Positions 17,856 through 25,884 of a stretch of DNA of 30,234 bases are shown here, piece after piece. The stretch lies in contig JBKBRF010000066.1 of the NCBI GenBank assembly GCA_046292385.1, forward strand, positions 1-30,234. Reading direction: 5' to 3'. Origin of the DNA: Armatimonadota bacterium (GTDB lineage: Bacteria; Armatimonadota; SYMT01). The position numbers and the translations under genes are program-made. The number at the start of each line of letters is the position of its first letter. Positions within the stretch are counted from its first letter, which is position 1. The notes under the pieces were generated by a model, which had not been told where the DNA came from, ran no database searches, and was given only the letters and a program-made list of their open reading frames with translations.

Positions 17856-19091
17856 TCAGGCCAGGGGGCGCTGCTTGCTGACTGCCTTGGCGGAGTAGGC
17901 GGCGGTGTAGAAGCCGTGGTCGTTCAGGACGCGCTCCACCAGGGCGTAGAACTCCGTGCGGTCCGGGCCTCGCACCACCGCCTGCTCGTGCGCTTCGGAG
18001 AGCACCATCGGGTAGCCGTTCCCGTTCTCGCACTGGTCCGCCAGCACCCCGTGCAGCCGCCCCAGGAGCGCTTCGTTCTGCCAGACCCAGCCCGGCACCT
18101 CCACGCGAGCGATCTCGGTGCCGGTATTCAGGTAGAAGAAGCCGGCGGCGTCGTTCCCGCCGGTGAGCTGCTCCCAGTCTTCCGACTTCAGCTCCAGCAC
18201 CTGCGTGCGGTAGTACCGCTCCGGTATCAGCCGCTCCGCTACGTGCACGTCGGTCAGGCCGGCCAGCCCGGCGTGGTGAGCGTCCGGATTCGGCGCCGCG
18301 TACCGGCTCAGGAAGTCTTTCTTGCACTTTGCGCAAAGCGCGCCTCGGACCGGCACGTCCGGGCAGAGGCTCAGGCGGAGCAGCGTGATCCAGGCGACGG
18401 CCCGGGAGCGGCTGATGTACCCCGCCACCAGCGTCTGCTTCCGGTGGCACGCCTCCAGCAAGTCCTGAAAGAGATCGAGTAAGAAGCGGGCATCGGGTCG
18501 CTCTCGCAGCTCCTGGATCATCCGCCACTGGACCAGCGGCCCGTCGAGCAGCAGCACCGTGCGGCCGGGATCCGCCTCCTCGCGCACCAGGTCGCGCGCG
18601 CACGCCAGCTCCGCTTCCAGCCGGTCCAGCTCCACCCTCCCGGTCACCGAGGCCGCGGAGGCGCGGGCATCCGCCTCCCGGTCCGGCTCGGCGGCGGCGC
18701 GCTTCGGCGGCAGGAGGCGCGGCACGGAGAGGAGCCGGCACCGGTCTCGCCCCTCCGGGGCGCCGTAGCGCAGCACCACCCCACCCGCGTTCACCACGTA
18801 CCAGGGCGCTACGTGGTGGTAGTCCGGCACGACCTGGGAGCCGTCGGTCGCGATGACGGTGTAGTCCCCGGCCGGCGGCGCGGGATAGGTCTCCCGCATG
18901 TCCCGCCCCTCGGCGGGCAGTGCCATGCTCTGACGGAGCTCCTGGACGGCCTCCCGCAGGCGCGGCATCCCCGCGGCCTCGGCGACCTGCTCCACGGCCT
19001 GCTGCTGACGGTCGAGCGTGTCCTGCGCGCTGCGCACCACCTCTTCCGCCAGTCCATGCATCTCCCCAACCAGGGCTTCCAGGTCCAGCAC
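17856..19091 (-). CDS. nurA: NurA-family DNA double-strand break repair nuclease
   Basis: Motifs IATDGSQ, LLDGPL, GYISRSR, RVEVPGW and GYPMVLSEAHEQAVV. GTG start with RBS GGGGGAG. Confidence 0.92.
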   Translation of the reverse strand: MLDLEALVGEMHGLAEEVVRSAQDTLDRQQQAVEQVAEAAGMPRLREAVQELRQSMALPAEGRDMRETYPAPPAGDYTVIATDGSQVVPDYHHVAPWYVVNAGGVVLRYGAPEGRDRCRLLSVPRLLPPKRAAAEPDREADARASAASVTGRVELDRLEAELACARDLVREEADPGRTVLLLDGPLVQWRMIQELRERPDARFLLDLFQDLLEACHRKQTLVAGYISRSRAVAWITLLRLSLCPDVPVRGALCAKCKKDFLSRYAAPNPDAHHAGLAGLTDVHVAERLIPERYYRTQVLELKSEDWEQLTGGNDAAGFFYLNTGTEIARVEVPGWVWQNEALLGRLHGVLADQCENGNGYPMVLSEAHEQAVVRGPDRTEFYALVERVLNDHGFYTAAYSAKAVSKQRPLA

Positions 19092-19110
19092 GCCGTTTGC
19101 TCCCCCGGCA

Positions 19111-19139
19111 ATGATACTTCAGCCCGGAGTAGCGGGCAA
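19111..19139 (-). promoter_or_regulatory. Sigma70-type promoter for nurA
   Basis: TTGCCC (19139-19134), a 17-nt spacer and TATCAT (19116-19111). Confidence 0.65.
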
Positions 19140-19162
19140 ACTTACGCGCGAACATTCAGACG

Positions 19163-19204
19163 CGACGAAGGGCAGGCGGTGCCGTTCCCGGCTCCGCCTG
19201 CCCT
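19163..19204 (-). terminator. GC-rich hairpin after the STAS gene, possibly a terminator
   Basis: AGGGCAGGCGG pairs with CCGCCTGCCCT (11 bp) around an inner stem. The U tail is poor. Confidence 0.5.
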
Positions 19205-19220
19205 GCTGCAGGCTCCGGAT

Positions 19221-19634
19221 TCAGGCGCGGCCCGCGGAAGCGGCGGAATCGGCCGCGGCGCGCTCCGTCTCGCCGTCCGCCGGGGCGGGGTCGAGCTCGT
19301 CCGCGGGGTAGCTCTCGATGTCGAAGGCGCCCTCGAGCTGGACCAGCCGGAGCGTCCGCTCGGCGCGGCAGCCTTCCCGAACCGCCAGGCGCAAGCCGAT
19401 GCCGCGCGCTGCCAGCCGTGCCTGAAGCCGCATGAGCCACCGGATGCCGTCGCTGTCCACGTAGTCTGCCGGACCGAGGTCGAGGCAGAGGCTGCGGCAG
19501 CCGCCGCGGAGCAGCCGCGCCACGCGCTCCTCGAAGTGAGGAATCGTCTCGCGGTTGACGGCGCCGACCAGCCGCGCGAACGCGGTGGCGCCGTCCCGGT
19601 AGGCAAGAGCTGTGGGCATTTCGTGCTGCGGCAT
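19221..19634 (-). CDS. STAS-domain anti-sigma factor antagonist
   Basis: ARLVGAVNRET..F, LCLDLGPADYVDSDGIRWL and RTLRLVQL. RBS AAGGAG precedes ATG 19634. Confidence 0.88.
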   Translation of the reverse strand: MPQHEMPTALAYRDGATAFARLVGAVNRETIPHFEERVARLLRGGCRSLCLDLGPADYVDSDGIRWLMRLQARLAARGIGLRLAVREGCRAERTLRLVQLEGAFDIESYPADELDPAPADGETERAAADSAASAGRA

Positions 19635-19744
19635 GCTTGGCTCCTTACTGTCTCTGGCCGGACACTCGCTGCATGTATAGCGGCAGCGGTGTCGCTTCAA
19701 AACGCGGTCCCATTTCCACCTGCTCCGGAGCCCCCAGAAACCAC

Positions 19745-19771
19745 GAAAAGCCACGACCTCTCGTCGTGGCT
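19745..19771 (-). terminator. Intrinsic terminator, likely the riboswitch expression platform
   Basis: Minus strand AGCCACGAC-GAGAG-GTCGTGGCT followed by TTTCGTGGTTT. Confidence 0.75.
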
Positions 19772-19835
19772 CGAAGAAAACCGGGCTGGCAGCAGGCGGA
19801 CGCGTCCGCGGAGCCGCAGCAAAGCTGCTCTTCGG

Positions 19836-19946
19836 CCACGCTTACGAGGTTAGCTGACGGGCTTGGGCTCGAAGATGCCCCGGACCTTCCGGTCCTGCGC
19901 CCCAGTCTGGTGGGTCCCCCGCTTCCCCGAAGGGAATTGAGCGTTA
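19836..19946 (-). ncRNA. Cyclic di-AMP riboswitch (ydaO/yuaA class)
   Basis: The minus strand reads ACGCTCAAT..GGGAAGCGGGGGACCCA..GGGGCGCA..CTTCGAGCCCAAGCCCGTCAGCTAACCTCGTAAGCGT. It has the hallmark 3' CCCGTCAGCTAACCTCGTA segment and a P1 of ACGCT/AGCGT. Confidence 0.92.
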
Positions 19947-20024
19947 GTTTGTTGGAATGGTGTTCGACACCCGGGCGCCCGCCTCCTTCTCCAAGAGTCG
20001 ATCAGAGGGCGGATTTCCAGGCCC

Positions 20025-20053
20025 AGTCTACCAGCGATCCCCGGGGAGAACAA
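20025..20053 (-). promoter_or_regulatory. Sigma70-type promoter for the riboswitch leader
   Basis: TTGTTC (20053-20048), a 17-nt spacer and TAGACT (20030-20025) with an extended -10 TG. Confidence 0.65.
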
Positions 20054-20182
20054 GCTCCTGGCGCGGGCTCCAGCGCTCCCCTACCAATCTTTAGCGGTCC
20101 CCTGCCAGAAAGTAAAGCAGGGGCAGCCGCAGCGCGGCCGCCCCTGATCTCCGTTCCCGTGCCACGGGGTCCGAAAGCTCTG

Positions 20183-21688
20183 TTACTGCTCGCGCGCCAC
20201 CGGCTCGCCGCCCTCGGCGGTCTCCTCGCCGGAAGCATCCTCGGTCGCCGGCTCTTCGGCAGCCGGCACTTCCGCGACCGGAGCTTCCGCGACCGGCTCC
20301 TCGGCAGTCACGTCTTCGGCGGCCTCCGCCTGCTCGGCCGGGGTCTCCTCCGTCGCCGCCTCGGCCGGGGCTTCCTCGGTTACCGCCGCGGCATCGACCG
20401 CGCCGGACTCATCCTGGGCCACCGCCGCGGTTTCGCCTGCCGTCGCTTCCGCCGTCACTTCGCCCGCTACCGCCGTCGCGCCGTCCGCGGCCTTCTCTTC
20501 GGCCGGCTCGGTGGCGGCAGCCTGCGGCTGCTCTTCCGGCTCCGGCTGGTACTCCTCGAAGAGATGCCCGAACAGGTCGCCCAGCGTGGTGCGGTCGCTG
20601 CGGCTGGAGCGGCGCTGGTAGTTCTCCACCACCTGGCGCTCGCGGCGCTGCTCCAGCTTTCGCATGCTGAAGACGATCTTCCGCTCGCGCGGGCGGATGT
20701 CGATGACGGTCGCCTCGACCTCCTGGCCGAGATGGACCACTTCCTCGACGTTGTTCACCCGCTGGTTGCCCAGCTCGCTGATCGGCATCCAGCCTTCCAG
20801 GCCTTCGGAGACTTCCACCTCCACGCCTTTCGCGTCGAGCTTGGACACCTTCACCGTGTGCAGGCTGCCTACCGCGTACTTGCGGCGGGCCTCCTCCAGC
20901 GGGTCGGTCATCGTCTGCCGCATGGAGAGGGAGACGCGTCCCGCGTCCGGATCGACGCGCAGCACCTTCACCGGGATCTTCTGGCCCACCTTGAGCACGT
21001 CCGACGGATGGTCGACCCGCTTCCAGGAGATCTCGCTCACGTGGAGCAGGCCGTCCACGCCGCCGACGTCGACGAAGGCGCCGATGTCGGTGAGCCGGCG
21101 GACCGTGCCGCGCCGCTCCTCGCCTTCCTGCAGGCGCTCCAGCGCGCCGCGGCGCTTCTGCGCGCGCTCCTCTTCCATGATCTGCCGGTTGGAGAGGATT
21201 ACCGTGTGGCGGCGGCGGTCGACGTCCAGCACGCGCATCTTCAGCGTCTGGCCCACGAACTGGCCCAGGTTGCGCGGCACGCTCAGCCCGAGCTGGGAGG
21301 ACGGAATGAAGCCGCGGACCCCCAGGTCCACCACCACGCCGCCCTTCACCGCCTCGGTTACCGTGGCGGTCAGCACCTCGCCGGAGGCCTTGGCGCGCAT
21401 CACGCGGTCCCACGCCCGCTCGCGCGGGTCGAGCAGCGGCGTCAGCCGCGCCAGCAGCGAGGCATCTTCCGCCTGTCCGTTGGCCGCCGCCTGCACCAGG
21501 ACCCGGCGCAGGTTCTCAACCTCATCCGTGGAGATCCCGGAGCGCGCGTACTCTTCCAACGCCTCGGTCCCCAGGCCCCTTTCGGACAGGGCCTGGGTCA
21601 CGCTGGGAGGCGGGCTCTCCACCCACTCTTCCAGCAGCGCCTTCAGGTCCTGGCGCTGGGTCTCGGCGTTCTCAAGCGTCTCCGTCAT
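20183..21688 (-). CDS. S1-domain RNA-binding protein (ribosomal protein S1-like) with three S1 repeats and an acidic tail
   Basis: VKGGVVVDLGVRGFIPSSQL, GAFVDVGGVDGLLHVSEISW, GLEGWMPISEL and TLGDLFG, then a Glu/Ala-rich C-terminus. RBS AGGTGGAG. Confidence 0.88.
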   Translation of the reverse strand: MTETLENAETQRQDLKALLEEWVESPPPSVTQALSERGLGTEALEEYARSGISTDEVENLRRVLVQAAANGQAEDASLLARLTPLLDPRERAWDRVMRAKASGEVLTATVTEAVKGGVVVDLGVRGFIPSSQLGLSVPRNLGQFVGQTLKMRVLDVDRRRHTVILSNRQIMEEERAQKRRGALERLQEGEERRGTVRRLTDIGAFVDVGGVDGLLHVSEISWKRVDHPSDVLKVGQKIPVKVLRVDPDAGRVSLSMRQTMTDPLEEARRKYAVGSLHTVKVSKLDAKGVEVEVSEGLEGWMPISELGNQRVNNVEEVVHLGQEVEATVIDIRPRERKIVFSMRKLEQRRERQVVENYQRRSSRSDRTTLGDLFGHLFEEYQPEPEEQPQAAATEPAEEKAADGATAVAGEVTAEATAGETAAVAQDESGAVDAAAVTEEAPAEAATEETPAEQAEAAEDVTAEEPVAEAPVAEVPAAEEPATEDASGEETAEGGEPVAREQ

Positions 21689-21961
21689 TTGTGCTCCACC
21701 TAGGAAAATGCAAGGCCGGGGTCGAACTGATCAGGAGGGCGCGCGTAAAACGTCCCGGCCGGCGCCCATGTGTTATATCACCGGAACGCTCCGGGGCCGG
21801 TTGCGTTTACGTAGTTGTCGTCATTCGCATGGTCCACCGGCATTCTGCCCTCCCCTTCGTGCCCGGAAACCTGTTCTAGCTCGCCGATGAAGCGGGTAGA
21901 ACGGCCCGGATCGCCCGCCCGGCTGCGAGTTACCGGGGCCCGGCGCGGGGGAGGGGCAGAG

Positions 21962-23632
21962 ATGACGGGGACGGTGCGGCGGTTCGCGGAGGTGGCGGAG
22001 CAGGTCCGCGCCGCTTCCGGCAAGCTGGAGAAGACGCGGCTCGTGGCGGAGCTGCTGCGGGAGCTGCCGGACGACGATCTCCGCGCCGCGGTCCTCTTCT
22101 TCTCCGGCTCGCCGTTCCCGCGCAGTTCCGGCCGCACCATGCAGGTCGGGTTCGCCGCGCTGCAGTCGGCCGCGCTCGCGGTCTCCGGCCGCACGGCGGA
22201 GGAGCTCCACGCCGCTTACCTGCGCTGGAGCGACGTCGGCGACGCGCTCCGCGAGCTTTTCGGCGAGCGCCGCCCGCCGTACGACCACTCCCTGGCCGAG
22301 ATCGCGGCGCGGTTCCACGAGATCGCGGAGACGCCGGCCGGCGGGCCGACTACCCTGGCGCTGACGCAGCTCTTCATGGAGCTCGGCGCCGAGGAAGCGC
22401 GCTACGCGGCGAAGATCCTGGTCGGCGAGCTGCGGATCGGGTTGCGGGAGGGGCTGGTGGAGGACGCGGTGGCCGCCGCCTTCGGCGTGAAGGGCGCGGA
22501 GATCCGCAAGGCGCACCAGCTCTGCGGCGACCTGGGCGAGGTGGCGGTCGGGGCCCGGCACGGCCGGCTCTCGCTGCTGCAGGTCGCCCCGTTCACGCCG
22601 CTCAAGCCGATGCTCGCCACGCCGGAGGCCTCCGCGGAGGGGATCGCGCAGCGGCTCGGCGAGACGGTCTGGGTGGAGGACAAGCTCGACGGCATCCGCG
22701 CGCAGGCGCACGTCGGCGGCGGTCGGGTGGCGCTTTACTCCCGCGATCTGAAGGAGGTCTCCGCGCAGTTCCCGGAGGTGATCGCCGCGCTGGAGCGTCT
22801 GCCCGGCGAGCTGATCCTGGACGGAGAGCTCCTGGCGCAGCGGGACGGCCGCGCGCTGCCGTTCTTCGAGCTGCAGAAGCGGCTGGGACGCAAGGAGCTG
22901 ACGGAGGCGATCCTCGCGAGCGTTCCGGTGACCTTCGTCGCCTTCGACCTCCTCTACCAGGACGGCGATCCGCTGCTGGACCACCCGTTCCGGGAGCGAC
23001 GGGTCCGGCTGGAAGGCCTGCCGCAGCTTCCCCACCTCCGGCACTCCGCGCTGCGGGTCCGTCCCGCGGCGGAGCTCGACCTCGAGTTCGAGGCCGCCAA
23101 AGCCCGGGCGAACGAGGGGCTGATGGTAAAGGACCCGGAGAGCGTCTACGCCCCGGGCCGGCGGGGGATGAGCTGGCTCAAGTACAAGAAGCCGCTGGAG
23201 CCGCTCGACGTGGTGGTCACCGGGGTCGAGTACGGGCACGGTCGCCGGCGGGAGGTGCTCTCCGACTACACCTTCGCGGTGCGGGACGACGAGACGGGGC
23301 AGCTCGTGAACATCGGCAAGGCGTACAGCGGACTCACCGACGCGGAGATCCTGGAGCTGACGGAGTACTTCAAGCAGAACACCCTCCGCAGCTTCGGGCG
23401 GTTCCAGCTCGTCAAGCCGGAGCTGGTGATCGAGGTCGCCTTCGAGGCGATCCAGGAGAGCCCCCGGCACAAGAGCGGGTTCGCACTCCGCTTTCCCCGC
23501 ATCGTGCGGCTCCGGCCGGACAAGACGCCGGCCGACGTCAACTCCCTCGCAGACGTGCGGCGGCTCTATCAGCAGTACCGCTCCGTCTACGCCGCCGCCG
23601 AGCCCGAGGGGGATCCGGCTGCCATTTCTTAA
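21962..23632 (+). CDS. ATP-dependent DNA ligase (LigB/archaeal-like, with N-terminal DNA-binding domain)
   Basis: Motifs PMLA, EDKLDGIR (KxDG), ILDGEL, AFDLLY, EGLMVK, WLKYK and ALRFPRI. Start placed at ATG 21962. Confidence 0.95.
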   Translation: MTGTVRRFAEVAEQVRAASGKLEKTRLVAELLRELPDDDLRAAVLFFSGSPFPRSSGRTMQVGFAALQSAALAVSGRTAEELHAAYLRWSDVGDALRELFGERRPPYDHSLAEIAARFHEIAETPAGGPTTLALTQLFMELGAEEARYAAKILVGELRIGLREGLVEDAVAAAFGVKGAEIRKAHQLCGDLGEVAVGARHGRLSLLQVAPFTPLKPMLATPEASAEGIAQRLGETVWVEDKLDGIRAQAHVGGGRVALYSRDLKEVSAQFPEVIAALERLPGELILDGELLAQRDGRALPFFELQKRLGRKELTEAILASVPVTFVAFDLLYQDGDPLLDHPFRERRVRLEGLPQLPHLRHSALRVRPAAELDLEFEAAKARANEGLMVKDPESVYAPGRRGMSWLKYKKPLEPLDVVVTGVEYGHGRRREVLSDYTFAVRDDETGQLVNIGKAYSGLTDAEILELTEYFKQNTLRSFGRFQLVKPELVIEVAFEAIQESPRHKSGFALRFPRIVRLRPDKTPADVNSLADVRRLYQQYRSVYAAAEPEGDPAAIS

Positions 23633-23755
23633 GAGCCCTTAACACTTAAAGGCTTCTAACCTCGCCCGGCAGGGAGGAGGCGGGGCTGGGTCCTATTACA
23701 CACCCATCGGTGCCGGGGCGATCGTTTCCCCGCCACCCCGGGAGGATCCAATCCG

Positions 23756-24604
23756 ATGCACTCTTCTAACCGTCCCGCTCACCGCCGCGGCTTCACCCTG
23801 ATCGAGCTGCTCGTGGTGATCGCGATCATCGCCATCCTCGCGTCGATCCTCTTCCCGGTCTTCGCCCAGGCCCGCGAGGCAGCCCGAAAGGCCTCCTGCA
23901 CGTCCAACATGCGGCAGATCGGCATGGGGATCACGATGTACACGCAGGACCACGACGAGACGCTGCCGTTCGCGGCGTGGAACCCGCCCGGCCAGCCGCT
24001 GGTGATGTGGTACGACCTGATCGAGCCGTACGTGAAGTCCGGCACCGGCGGCGTCATCACCCCGTCCGGGGGCGGCGCGGGCCGGAAGCAGGCGACGTTC
24101 TACGTCTGCCCCAGCTTCCGGAACGACTCGGTGCCGGCGCGGCCGGGCGACCCGGCCCCCCATTCTTTCCCCGCCGCGCAACTCGACCCGGCGATGAGCT
24201 ATGCCGCCAACGGGAACCTGATGCCGATGATGCACAACCGGTTCGTGGGCGTCACCTTCCCCGGCGCCATCACCACGCTCGCGCAGATCAACGCCCCCGC
24301 GCAGGTGGTCCTCGCCGCGCACGCCCGCGGCGTTCGCCCCGCCATCGCCGGCGATGACGTCACCTCCGGCTGCACCGGCGACGAAGCCGGCTACCCACCC
24401 ACCGGCAACCCGGCGATCTCCGGCGCCAGCGTCTACTGCTCCGCCCGCTACCGGCACAACGGCGGCTCCGTCTACCTGATGGCGGACGGCCACGCGAAGT
24501 GGTTCCGCGGTCCCGGCGCCTCCTGGCGGGACACCAGTACCGCCGGCGTAGCATGGAAGAAGAGCCTGGCGCCGAACGCCGCCGCCTGGTTCCGCGAAGA
24601 CTGA
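23756..24604 (+). CDS. DUF1559-type prepilin N-terminal cleavage/methylation protein with H-X9-DG motif
   Basis: [42 protein letters not shown] and [25 protein letters not shown]. Confidence 0.93.
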   Translation: MHSSNRPAHRRGFTLIELLVVIAIIAILASILFPVFAQAREAARKASCTSNMRQIGMGITMYTQDHDETLPFAAWNPPGQPLVMWYDLIEPYVKSGTGGVITPSGGGAGRKQATFYVCPSFRNDSVPARPGDPAPHSFPAAQLDPAMSYAANGNLMPMMHNRFVGVTFPGAITTLAQINAPAQVVLAAHARGVRPAIAGDDVTSGCTGDEAGYPPTGNPAISGASVYCSARYRHNGGSVYLMADGHAKWFRGPGASWRDTSTAGVAWKKSLAPNAAAWFRED

Positions 24605-24639
24605 GCTCCTCCCACCCCGAACGCTAGAAAGCAAGAACG

Positions 24640-25644
24640 ATGCACACGCTCCACCTGGCAGCCGCGGCCACGCTCCTCGCAGCGGGCACCGCCGCGGCCG
24701 CCCCGAAATCCAAGCCGGCGCTCCGGCCGGTGACCGTCTCCGCCGCGCAGGAGGCGAGCCTTCAGCGCCACCTGCAGGCGGAGCTGCCGACCGTCTTCGT
24801 CTTCCTGCGCCCCGACAGCTCCGTGGAACGGGAGTTCCTCGCCGAGATCCAGGGCGAGGCGAAGGACCGGGTCGGCCTCCGCGTGGTCCACGTTCGCACC
24901 GGGCGCGAGCCGCTGGTGCGCCAGTACGACGTCAAAGAGACGCCGACCGCCATCATCTACGACCGCCGCGGCCGCGTGACCGGCCGCAGCTCCCAGCCCG
25001 CGGAGATCCGCGCCGCCCTCCAGAAGGCGGCCGGGGTGATGCGGATCGACTGGGCAGAAGAAGGCGACCCGCGGATGGACCAGGTCGAGCGGATCCTGGG
25101 ACGCCGCGCCGCCCCCGGCATCCTGCGCACGATGAGCCTGAAGCCCGAATACATGGCGCTGGTCAACGAGCTGGCCGGCCGGGCTCACTTCTCGGACGGG
25201 TTCCTGGACCGGCGGACGAAGGAGCTGATCGCCACCTACGTCTCCGCTCTCAACGAGTGCAAGTATTGAGTGGGCTCGCACGCGCGCTTCCTGCAGTTGC
25301 AGGGCCAGAACCCCGAAGAAGTGGATCTCGTTGGACAGGCAGACCTGGAGAACGCCAAGCTCCCCGAAAAGGAGCGGGCTCTCCTCGATTTCGTGAAGGT
25401 GCTGACGCTGGAGCCGGCGAAGACGCAGGACTCGCACGTGGAGCGGCTGCGTAAAGTCGGCTACACGGACGAGCAGATCTTCGAAGCCTCCTTCATCACG
25501 GCGCTCTTCGCCTTCTTCAACCGGATGGCGGACGCCTACGGCCTCGACTACCCGGCGAACGGCTGGATGCCTCCGTCGATCCGCGAGAGCCGCGGCGCGG
25601 CGGAGCCTCCGCCCGCCCCGGCGCCGCAGGCCGCCCCCCGCTGA
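24640..25644 (+). CDS. Putative selenoprotein (334 aa): signal peptide, thioredoxin-like domain and AhpD/CMD peroxidase-like domain with CxxU
   Basis: ORFs 24640-25269 and 25270-25644 are in frame and separated only by TGA (25267-25269). Readthrough gives KELIATYVSALNECKY-U-VGSH, where U sits at the second Cys of the AhpD CxxC..H motif. Confidence 0.87.
25289..25304 (+). promoter_or_regulatory. Candidate bacterial SECIS apical hairpin
   Basis: UCCUGC-AGUU-GCAGGG. The loop begins 26 nt after the UGA and contains GU at positions 2-3. Confidence 0.6.
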
Positions 25645-25672
25645 GGCGAGCCCGGCAGTCCCGGCACCCTGG

Positions 25673-25702
25673 ACCTCCCCGTCACCGCGGGGAGGTTTTT
25701 TT
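25673..25702 (+). terminator. Intrinsic terminator after the selenoprotein gene
   Basis: ACCTCCCCG-TCACCG-CGGGGAGGT followed by TTTTTT. Confidence 0.9.
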
Positions 25703-25747
25703 GTTGCGTTCGATCCGGCCCGCGTACCCGTCCGGATCCCCACCCGT

Positions 25748-25863
25748 TAGAATGTGCGAACAACTGAACCTGTCGAGCTCCGGCAGGTTCTACGCAGTCG
25801 CCGCTGGGTAAGGAGAAAGCGACTGACACCCGGGGCGCCGACGATTGCCGGCTTCAGCCGGTA
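25748..25863 (+). promoter_or_regulatory. Probable -10 element and structured 5' leader of terC
   Basis: TAGAAT (25748-25753) is followed by three hairpins (25766-25790, 25795-25825, 25846-25863) and a possible pseudoknot. Confidence 0.5.
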
Positions 25864-25884
25864 CTCCGGATCGAAGAACGCTAA

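Noticed and set aside
14048..19091. Sir2-HerA or other HerA anti-phage defence system
   Set aside because: The partners are NurA and Mre11/SbcD with host-like codon usage, and there is no Sir2 or DUF4297 effector, so repair is more parsimonious.
19136..19162. Possible LexA box near the nurA promoter (CGAACATTCAGACG)
   Set aside because: Only one half-site of GAAC-N4-GTTC matches.
19990..20100. Possible tRNA-Sec or other tRNA in the S1-STAS intergenic region
   Set aside because: No UCA anticodon arm, T-loop or cloverleaf; the region is better explained as promoter plus leader.
25270..25644. Independent 124-aa gene, or a pseudogene split
   Set aside because: It has no RBS, begins mid-motif in frame directly after TGA, and is better explained by Sec recoding.
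25645..25884. yybP-ykoY Mn riboswitch upstream of terC
   Set aside because: The hallmark GGGGAGUAG and GAGACC segments are absent; the leader is reported as a different candidate instead.
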